From the NCBI GenBank assembly GCA_948614045.1, contig CAPFSK010000002.1, positions 18,404 to 82,403 on the forward strand: DNA of 64,000 bases, given 5' to 3'. Below the pieces are notes generated by a model. The model was given only the letters and a program-made list of their open reading frames with translations, was not told the DNA's origin and made no database searches. A program made the position numbers and the translations under genes. Positions within the stretch are counted from its first letter, which is position 1. Every line of letters starts with the position of its first letter. This document shows positions 26,254 through 33,274 of the stretch, in pieces. The stretch comes from an uncultured Candidatus Saccharibacteria bacterium. GTDB lineage: Bacteria; Patescibacteriota; Saccharimonadia; Saccharimonadales; Saccharimonadaceae.

Positions 26254-26868
26254 TTATTCTATATCGAGTCTATAAGCGGTTGGGTTTGTCCGGACCCTGT
26301 TGACGTGCTTATGGCCATCTCCGTAGTATGGAGCTAGAGCTTCATCAAGTTTGCATTTATGCCTAGATACAGTAGCGACGTTATCGTCACCCCATATCCT
26401 TGCTATCTCCACCATCGTCAGAACATGCTCATCATTCAATAGGAATGCTACTAGGACTTCCCGGAGTTTACCACCAAAGGCTATTTCCTTATCGCGAAAC
26501 AGAATACGTCCACCAACCAGTAGCTCATAATCACCAAGTTTCGTAGGCTGATGTCTAGACTGTGCGGAGCGATTGATAGACTTGAGATGATATAGTTGCC
26601 CTCGCATATCAACAATTAACCCGATATAGTGCCTCAAATAGTCACCACAATTATCTGGAGTTAGTTCACCAAACGTATTGCCAGCAATTAGTCTAGCGTG
26701 TAAATCTAACTGGTCGGTGCCCAGAACTAGCGTATCTAGTTCCTGTTTCCAAGAAGATATGTCATCAACAGTTAGGGGCAGAGTTTGAGCTTTAACCGAC
26801 AGCCTACCTAGACTTTTAGCTATTTCTTCTAAATGCTCCAATTCTTCTGTTGTATCGCCCCGAATCAT
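26254..26868 (-). CDS. Putative DNA-binding regulator with OmpR/PhoB-like winged-helix C-terminus
   Basis: The C-terminus resembles trans_reg_C: LREVLVAFLLNDEHVLTMVEIARIWGDD...VSRHKCKLDEAL...AYRLD. Confidence 0.55.
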   Translation of the reverse strand: MIRGDTTEELEHLEEIAKSLGRLSVKAQTLPLTVDDISSWKQELDTLVLGTDQLDLHARLIAGNTFGELTPDNCGDYLRHYIGLIVDMRGQLYHLKSINRSAQSRHQPTKLGDYELLVGGRILFRDKEIAFGGKLREVLVAFLLNDEHVLTMVEIARIWGDDNVATVSRHKCKLDEALAPYYGDGHKHVNRVRTNPTAYRLDIE

Positions 26869-26925
26869 GGGTATATTATAACAGATGTAGTCGTCGATTA
26901 GTATTGAGGGGTGCCGTATTATATA

Positions 26926-28356
26926 CTACTGCTCATCTAATTCGGCTAGTTGACGCAAAAGTTCCGCCCTGCGTTGCTCCTTATAATCGTCAACAACCGT
27001 TTCAGGTATATCTAGCGTGCTTTGGTGTCGGTTCATAAACCCAGCAACGTCCTGATTGACGATAATATCTTCTCTACTAATCGGTCGAGTGAGATATAGA
27101 CTGTCCAAAGAAACACAACGGGAAACCGCCACATAAGTCTGACCCGAGCTAAATGCTCCTCCCTCTAAATTTACCTCTACTGATTTGTAGGTTTGACCCT
27201 GTGCCTTATGAATGGTTAATGCCCATGCCAAACGTAATGGAAATTGCGTGAAAGTAGCAACAGTCCGAGCTACCAATTTTTTAGTATTGGCATTATACTC
27301 ATAAACTTTCTTCTCCCAAGTAGCACGGTCAATGCGGTATTCGACTTTGTTAATCATAACTTTCACCATATCCTGCGATAGCTCCGATACAACCCCAATA
27401 GTGCCGTTCACCCAGCGTCTACCCCGATTGGTTCCGTATGTAGCCTCATCACCCTCTGTATCGTTCTTCAACATCATAACTTGAGCACCAACTTTTAGGT
27501 GTAGCTCCACTTCGGTTGGAGTACCAAACTTGGAAAAATCACCAGTAATACTTGCTTGATAAGTGTATTCTGGTCGTCCAATTTGATTTAATCTTTCTTG
27601 ATTAATTCTTGAAACTGTTTCGTTGCGAGGACTGAGGACTATGGCTCGATTATGGTCATCGCGTGGGGCAGTGCCAGAACAATGGTTGAGAACATCCAAC
27701 TCGTTGTCAGTAATACGGCCCTCCCGCATGTCGTTTAGAATACTGATAAAACCGGGATCCTTTTGCCGAAAAACACGTTTAAGTTCATAGACTGGCAGTG
27801 GTGCCCTATCAAATACTGGTGCATTAAAGAAAAACACACCACCATACTTATCCGTCAAATATCTATCTACTTGCGGCTCAACGACTGGTGGTAGTTGATA
27901 TAAATCTCCGAACATAAGGACTTGTTTTCCACCAAACGGCAATGTATTGTTGTTGGCAAGCTGCAATTTAAGGTCAATGGCCGACATAACATCCACTCTC
28001 ACCATTGAGACCTCGTCTATGATGAGAACATCAATAGATTTCAAAATCTCCTGACGTTTACCCCATACACCCTTGCGTTTGATTTCTTCAAGGTTTTGAA
28101 CATTAATATCTAGCCCGAAGAATGAATGCATTGTTTGGCCGCCAACATTTAGTGCTGATATCCCAGTTGGGGCAACTTTTACCACGTTCTTATGTGTATT
28201 CTTAACAAAATACTCTAGCAAAAAGGACTTACCGGAACCAGCTCGACCAGTTATATACATGGTTTCATTGGCTCTCTCCATACGATTAAAAATGCGAATT
28301 TTCTCCTCGTTTGGTAGTTCGTTATTGCTCTTCGTCACCGGTTTAAGGAGTGCCAT
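26926..28356 (-). CDS. Pif1/RecD-like SF1 helicase
   Basis: Walker A GRAGSGKS, Walker B LIIDEVSMV, FGDLYQLPPV, and the C-terminal TIHKAQGQTY motif. Confidence 0.85.
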   Translation of the reverse strand: MALLKPVTKSNNELPNEEKIRIFNRMERANETMYITGRAGSGKSFLLEYFVKNTHKNVVKVAPTGISALNVGGQTMHSFFGLDINVQNLEEIKRKGVWGKRQEILKSIDVLIIDEVSMVRVDVMSAIDLKLQLANNNTLPFGGKQVLMFGDLYQLPPVVEPQVDRYLTDKYGGVFFFNAPVFDRAPLPVYELKRVFRQKDPGFISILNDMREGRITDNELDVLNHCSGTAPRDDHNRAIVLSPRNETVSRINQERLNQIGRPEYTYQASITGDFSKFGTPTEVELHLKVGAQVMMLKNDTEGDEATYGTNRGRRWVNGTIGVVSELSQDMVKVMINKVEYRIDRATWEKKVYEYNANTKKLVARTVATFTQFPLRLAWALTIHKAQGQTYKSVEVNLEGGAFSSGQTYVAVSRCVSLDSLYLTRPISREDIIVNQDVAGFMNRHQSTLDIPETVVDDYKEQRRAELLRQLAELDEQ

Positions 28357-28361
28357 CTTAA

Positions 28362-28790
28362 TTACTCCTTATCACTATCATCTAATAGCCCCACCTGATT
28401 AACGGCAGCCTTACTCTTCGTCGTCCGTCTAGGCTTCTTTGGTGTAGCTTTAGATTCATTTTTAAGTTGAGGACGAGCGACTACTTCTGATGCTGATGGG
28501 TTTAATTGAGTAATAGGTTCGGGCTGGGACGACTCCTGTGCTACGATAGGTGTATCATAGTCGTCATCAGCATTAATAGTTCCTGACTCTTGCCGTAATA
28601 CCTCCTTATAGGCAAGATTACTCAACGCATAGGCAGTCTGTCGAGTTTCCTCTAGACTAGTAGTTAATTCCGCCAAGCTAGAGCTTATACCTTTGATTAG
28701 TTCATGGTATGAAGCAATTTTTTGCTCAAGTGTTTGAATACTATTGCTCATTTGTTCCCAACGGCTAGCATCGTTACCGGTCAGTTCCAT
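28362..28790 (-). CDS. Hypothetical coiled-coil protein with basic tail
   Basis: First gene of the leftward operon. Helical N-terminus and K/R-rich C-terminus. Confidence 0.55.
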   Translation of the reverse strand: MELTGNDASRWEQMSNSIQTLEQKIASYHELIKGISSSLAELTTSLEETRQTAYALSNLAYKEVLRQESGTINADDDYDTPIVAQESSQPEPITQLNPSASEVVARPQLKNESKATPKKPRRTTKSKAAVNQVGLLDDSDKE

Positions 28791-28831
28791 AAGACTCCTT
28801 TTACATAAATATTATTGTGGTGACAATTAAA

Positions 28832-28951
28832 AAGGACACCACGAGAGGTGTCTTACTTCCTACATCACACCTAGACACAAAGTGTCCTGGTGTTCTACAT
28901 GGTGTCCTGTAAATGGGCACCTTGTGTATCAGATGTGATGTATTAAGTAAG
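28832..28951. promoter_or_regulatory. Iteron/operator cluster
   Basis: Palindrome AGGACACC-n5-AGGTGTCT (28833-28853). A 21-bp imperfect IR (28851-28871 / 28930-28951) brackets direct repeats GTGTCCTG, GTGTTCTA, GGTGTCCTG and GGGCACCT. Confidence 0.55.
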
Positions 28952-29739
28952 ACATCTATATTATACCATACGAACCCAATTCATCAAACAGAAACCGCCC
29001 TGCGGACGGTTCGCTGGCAGACCTAACGGTCGCCATCGGGGACACTAATTAGCGTACATGATAGATTCACCAGACAAATACTCTAGCTACTATCATCAAA
29101 AGAAAAATAATAATTCATGCGAGCGATACTGTCATTTGATATAATTCACCAATACTATAAAACGAACACCTATATCACTTTTACAGAGGTATATACTTTG
29201 ATGAGTCCTTATTTCTCTATATAGACTATATTGAGTAAGAACCCAATCATTTCCTATAATTCCCCCGCAAAATACCGCCTCAAAACGCCCGTTTTAGGCT
29301 GATTCTACAGTGTAATGGTCTGACTTTAAGACACTCTCATTGTCGAGATGATACTTATACCGTCTTCGATATTATGTTGCCGATTTCTCACTGGTGTCGG
29401 TGCGATTCAGAGCTAAAACAGTATAATGAATGTCTTTGTCTCTCCTTGAGTTCCTACCCACTTCCGATTGGTGGTGAGCTCCAGTAGAGCAGAGAACTCG
29501 GCGGGGAGGGGTTTAGCTAATATCATCAAGATAAAACATCAAAAGACTAAAGGACTACATATAAATCATGCGAATAGTAGTATCTAAACCTCCTCTATTC
29601 CGTAAGGGCAAGCCTACTCCATATTCATCAAGCTAGACCGACAAGGGGGCTCTGGAGGGGGTAGCTAAAGTAAGCAACCAACTATTCTCTTAACAGCTCC
29701 GCTGTCTGTCTATGAGTATTAAATAAAAGGAGCATAACT

Positions 29740-30030
29740 ATGAGCAATGCTGAAGAGTTACGAACTATACTAACAAGAATCATCAAAAACAACAAGCTAT
29801 ATGGATGTAGTTTTACCTATGGAGTAGCTTTGCGTATGGGTATAGTAAACCAACTATTTCCCGACGAATTAGACCAACTGATTACCGATACGATTGAAGA
29901 CATCTATAAGGACACTCTGGACGTGATGGGCGACGCGGGTATGCGTGTCGATACTGTTGCTATAGCCCACGTCATTGATATAGCAGTGCTAGACGAGATA
30001 GCTCGACATCTTATTGACGAGGAAGATTAG
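29740..30030 (+). CDS. Hypothetical acidic small protein (96 aa)
   Basis: ORF with SD AAAGGAG. Confidence 0.55.
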   Translation: MSNAEELRTILTRIIKNNKLYGCSFTYGVALRMGIVNQLFPDELDQLITDTIEDIYKDTLDVMGDAGMRVDTVAIAHVIDIAVLDEIARHLIDEED

Positions 30031-30127
30031 CTACCAGGTAGGAGGAGTCATTGCGACTTCTCCTCTTTTTATGTCACCAATACAAAGCCCTTCGGGCTCT
30101 GCCTACAGCCTCCGCTGGTGAGAATAG

Positions 30128-30907
30128 CTACCTGCTGTTGATTTTGTTCAACTTCTTGGAATTTTCTTCTCTTCGCCGTTGCCGTATTTGTTCGTGCAAC
30201 TTGTCCTCCAAAATCGTATCGATAGCATCTTGCAATACAAGGTATTGCTTTTCACACTCTCCCTCACTCAACTCGTGTATACCGCTACTCAAAAGTTTAT
30301 AGAGAACACTAAATCCAGTGTCTTTCAAATACTCATCGAATACGCCTTTTTCGACAAGTTCTTTTACCCTGTCTGACATATACTGTTTTGGTTCAGTAAT
30401 GTCAGCTTGAGTTTCTGCTTGTTTGACGAGCGACTCAAAGACACGCCGTAAGTAGTTAAAAGCAGCAATGTATAGACCTGAATAATAAGCTTTAGCGGCA
30501 TTAAGTCTATACTCTTTATCGCCTTTGGAGAGTAGCTTAATAGCGTCACTATTTACGCTCACGTCAAATTGAGTGGCATCTGGATATTGACCAATCTTAA
30601 CTAGACGAGAATTGGGCATAGCTTCCAAAATAATCTCAACGCTTTTACCACACGTGCATGCGAATTTTATACGCTTAATGGAATTATCAAATACAATGTT
30701 TTTATTAGATGTCGATAACTTTATAGCTACGTCTTGAGTATCCGTGTAATGAATCGCTATAAAGCCACGTTCTCCGCCGCAGTTCGGGCAAAAGAGGGTG
30801 GTTTGTTGGCCTTTGCTAGATAAGAAATCACCTCTAGTCTTGTCGTCATTGAATTTGTATTCAAACCCAATCGGTTTCGGGATAAAATCTGCAAGTTCTA
30901 TCGTCAT
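30128..30907 (-). CDS. Zinc-ribbon + DUF4145-like protein (possible defence/abortive-infection cargo)
   Basis: CPNCGG...CTCG ribbon. C-terminal helical region LNAAKAYYSGLYIAAFNYLRRVFESLV resembles DUF4145. TGTTATAAT and an SD lie upstream. Confidence 0.6.
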   Translation of the reverse strand: MTIELADFIPKPIGFEYKFNDDKTRGDFLSSKGQQTTLFCPNCGGERGFIAIHYTDTQDVAIKLSTSNKNIVFDNSIKRIKFACTCGKSVEIILEAMPNSRLVKIGQYPDATQFDVSVNSDAIKLLSKGDKEYRLNAAKAYYSGLYIAAFNYLRRVFESLVKQAETQADITEPKQYMSDRVKELVEKGVFDEYLKDTGFSVLYKLLSSGIHELSEGECEKQYLVLQDAIDTILEDKLHEQIRQRRREENSKKLNKINSR

Positions 30908-31122
30908 CAGTTAAGCTCCTTTGTCTAAATTATAACACTTCGAGTAATAGGTTCAAAAGTTTTCTGGTAGTTCTCCTACAACTTGTATTCCTCTTGATGT
31001 CTTAAGATTGCCAATATCTCTTGCGTGACCGATTCGGGCTCCAATAGCTGAATACTATCATCTTGTGCCAGGTATTCTACAAGATAATCGTAATGTTCAA
31101 GCAAGTTCACACTCGGGGCACC

Positions 31123-31159
31123 AGACCAAGAAAATGTATTTTTTACATTTTCTTGGTCT
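31123..31159 (+). terminator. Perfect 16-bp hairpin, terminator-like
   Basis: AGACCAAGAAAATGTA-ttttt-TACATTTTCTTGGTCT followed by a T-rich tract. Confidence 0.5.
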
Positions 31160-31433
31160 TATTTGTTTCCCGCGACTGAAGTGAACCGCATTTTACGCCA
31201 GTAAAATCGGTTCATAATGAGGAGGAGCATGAGGAAAGCTAAAATTTATTTTAGCTTTCTGAGTCGACGACGAAATGCTGCGCGTTAGCGCAGGTTCCAG
31301 TCGCGACAACAACTATTTTTGTGTCAGGGAAAATTGCCTGTCCAATCGCGAAATTAATATATGGATCTAGCTTACAAAAATCCAATTTTTCTAACCTAAC
31401 TTTTGCTAACTACCTCTGTTAAGAATAGCTTCG

Positions 31434-31465
31434 GACGTTAAAATTTTTAGAAAAATTTTAACGTC
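31434..31465. promoter_or_regulatory. Perfect 15-bp inverted repeat (operator-like) upstream of cassette C7
   Basis: GACGTTAAAATTTTT-ag-AAAAATTTTAACGTC. Confidence 0.5.
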
Positions 31466-31502
31466 GCAAAAAACAATACTAATGTAGGTCCTCTATAATA
31501 TC

Positions 31503-31772
31503 ATGAATTATTATATTACAACTACCGGCGCCACCACCATAGTACAGTTACCATTGGCTTTTGTCCGTAGTGGGTATATCTATCCACCAAGTGGCGCTAT
31601 CCTTAATGTTAGTGCTAATGGCTATGGTTGGTCCAAAACTTCTAAATCATCGACTAGCACATATGATTTAGGCATACATCCGGATAACGCCAATCCGTCC
31701 GATAGCAGTAATCGTTATGATGGTTTCCCCCCTCCGCTGCCGTGCCTGAAGCCAATGGAAGAATGGAGATGA
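31503..31772 (+). CDS. Cassette C7: FISUMP/DUF1566-like mini-protein (ATG start; C-run of 6 gives an alternative tail)
   Basis: MNYYITTTGATTIVQLPLAFVRSG...GYGWSKT...STYDLG...PSDSSNRYDGFPPPLPC.... With 5 Cs it would end GFPLRCRA*. Confidence 0.5.
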   Translation: MNYYITTTGATTIVQLPLAFVRSGYIYPPSGAILNVSANGYGWSKTSKSSTSTYDLGIHPDNANPSDSSNRYDGFPPPLPCLKPMEEWR

Positions 31773-31885
31773 GAAATAGCTACTCTCAGGAATCTTCGCG
31801 ACCAACGGGGAGCGAGCGAAGCGCAGACCCGCCCGTAACGACGGGACGGGTCAAGCGGGTCCTGAAAGTAGCTATTTCTCATATC
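31766..31885. repeat. 120-nt palindromic element: 26-bp arms (2 mismatches) around a GC-rich 68-nt core
   Basis: GAGATGAGAAATAGCTACTCTCAGGA ... TCCTGAAAGTAGCTATTTCTCATATC. The core has its own hairpins (CTTCGC/GCGAAG, CCCGCCCGT/ACGGGACGGG). Confidence 0.8.
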
Positions 31886-31900
31886 TTCCTCTTTCCTCCA

Positions 31901-32141
31901 TTAGGCACTACCTGGGTAGAGGCAGCGGAGGGATCGACCGACGTAGCGACCACCGCCAGCTGATGGATCGACCGACGTAGCGACCACCGCCAGCTGATGG
32001 ATCGACATTATCGGTGTAGATAAATAAGTCATAGGCGTTATTCGGTGAATTCGCCGTACGCGACCACAGCTGAGCATAGCGACCAACATACCACACCGCG
32101 CTAGCATCAAGATATACAATCCCGCTACGGACAAAAGCCAT
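31901..32141 (-). pseudogene. Cassette C5, disrupted by a 34-bp tandem duplication
   Basis: ATG-AFVRSGIVYLD...LWSRTANSPNNAYDLF...DPSAGGGRYVGRS, then a frameshift. The frame after the duplication ends SLRCLYPGSA*. Confidence 0.65.
31931..31998. repeat. Perfect 34-bp tandem duplication (plus 8-bp partial third copy)
   Basis: GGATCGACCGACGTAGCGACCACCGCCAGCTGAT x2. Confidence 0.95.
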
Positions 32142-32150
32142 ATGCTGAAC

Positions 32151-32411
32151 TCAGTTTTCCGAAAGATCGGCACCAAACTGTGGCCAAACCCAGCGGAGGG
32201 GGAAACCCCAGTAGCGATTTGTCGCATTCATATTGAGATCCGTAGGGTTGAAGTTGAGACGATAGGCGTTGGTAGACGAGTTTGCCGTACGCGACCAGTC
32301 GTAGCCGTTGCTACCGACGTTGGCGACACCACCACCGGTAAGATTAGTATGCCCGCTACGGACAAAAGCCAAACATAACCTAGCGCTAGAGCAAAAGAAG
32401 CCAGTCCGCAC
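32151..32411 (-). CDS. Cassette C6: FISUMP/DUF1566-like mini-protein with divergent tail (GTG start)
   Basis: LAFVRSGHTNLTGGGVANVGSNGYDWSRTANSSTNAYRLNFNPTDLNMNATNRYWGFPLRW.... Cys->Trp at the conserved RC. Confidence 0.45.
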   Translation of the reverse strand: MRTGFFCSSARLCLAFVRSGHTNLTGGGVANVGSNGYDWSRTANSSTNAYRLNFNPTDLNMNATNRYWGFPLRWVWPQFGADLSEN

Positions 32412-32628
32412 TTAGCCTAACCATAATCAGACTAATCCCTGCACTCACAATTTTTCCTCTGACTTTGAGAGTCTGGCTTCACGATCTTTCAAAAGGGAAC
32501 TTATTACAACTGGAGCTTGACCTCAGATGTTGTAGTCGGGTCCCATGGAGCTTGCCCTCCACTTCTTCATTTTAGCACACCGTAAAATCATAAAACGTGC
32601 TACAATATATGAGACTCGAAGGAGGAAA

Positions 32629-33228
32629 ATGAAGAATTCTAAGATTACGCGTAAAATTACCCAGGGCGTCTATGTCCTGACTACTCAGGGAGGGGGCTGT
32701 ATTGTCGACGCAGTCTCCCGTGCCAGTGCCGGCGACCAGCCGTTGATTTCGGTTGCAGTTGCGAAGACGAATCATTCCCATAAGCTACTCGCCGAAAACG
32801 ACAAGTTCGCCCTCTCGGTTCTTGGCGAAGATGCGGACCCTGAAATCATCCAGACTTTTGGCTTTAATTGCTCTAAAGATTGTGATAAGTTCGCTAAGTG
32901 CGAGACCGGAGAAGTCGATGGTGTTCCAGTCATCAAAGCTTCGCTCGGCTACATGCTCTGCGAGAAAGTTGATGCGATTGATACCGAGACGCATACGCTT
33001 TATATTGGGCGGATGGTTGAGGGTGATATTTTTTCAGATGCGAGGCCTATGAGCTATGCTTATTACCAAGAACATAAGGGCAAGTTGACTAAAACCCAGA
33101 GTGAGCAGGGAAAGACCGCTTGGGTTTGTACGGCCTGTGGCTACGTTTACTATGGCGATGAAGTGCCAGACGATTATAAATGTCCGCTTTGCGGCCTTGG
33201 GAAAGATTATTTTAAAAAGAAAGTTTAG
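32629..33228 (+). CDS. Flavin-reductase-like domain fused to C-terminal rubredoxin
   Basis: SD GAAGGAGG. Flavin reductase-like core and rubredoxin knuckles WVCTACGY...YKCPLCG. Confidence 0.8.
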   Translation: MKNSKITRKITQGVYVLTTQGGGCIVDAVSRASAGDQPLISVAVAKTNHSHKLLAENDKFALSVLGEDADPEIIQTFGFNCSKDCDKFAKCETGEVDGVPVIKASLGYMLCEKVDAIDTETHTLYIGRMVEGDIFSDARPMSYAYYQEHKGKLTKTQSEQGKTAWVCTACGYVYYGDEVPDDYKCPLCGLGKDYFKKKV

Positions 33229-33243
33229 CCATCGAAGACCCCG

Positions 33244-33270
33244 AAAGACCCCCATCAGGGGGTCTTTTTC
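33244..33270. terminator. Bidirectional intrinsic terminator
   Basis: AGACCCCC-atca-GGGGGTCT flanked by an A-run and TTTTT. Confidence 0.75.
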
Positions 33271-33274
33271 TGGC

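Larger units (their letters stand above)
24318..31305. mobile_element. Integrated element (~7 kb) at the 3' end of tRNA-Leu: serine integrase, regulator, helicase, iteron region, cargo
   Basis: The integrase stop lies inside the tRNA 3' end. GC is visibly lower than in the flanks. Degenerate copies of the tRNA 3' end lie at 31169-31188 (inverted) and 31293-31305 (direct). The right boundary is uncertain. Confidence 0.65.

Noticed and set aside
31766-31885. Hammerhead or twister self-cleaving ribozyme
   Set aside because: The candidate core reads CUCAGGA rather than CUGANGA. I could not place the full set of conserved twister nucleotides. Only a covariance-model scan could decide.
31742-31963. 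73-aa plus-strand ORF (and 32142-32378 plus strand)
   Set aside because: It is generated by reading through the palindromic element and the reverse strand of cassettes C5 and C6. The MRNSY start appears on both strands only because of the inverted repeat.
32500-32545. Second MerR-type promoter (GCTTGACCTCAG...)
   Set aside because: It shares only the TTGACC hexamer with the 14265 promoter. There is no dyad and no -10 at 19 nt.
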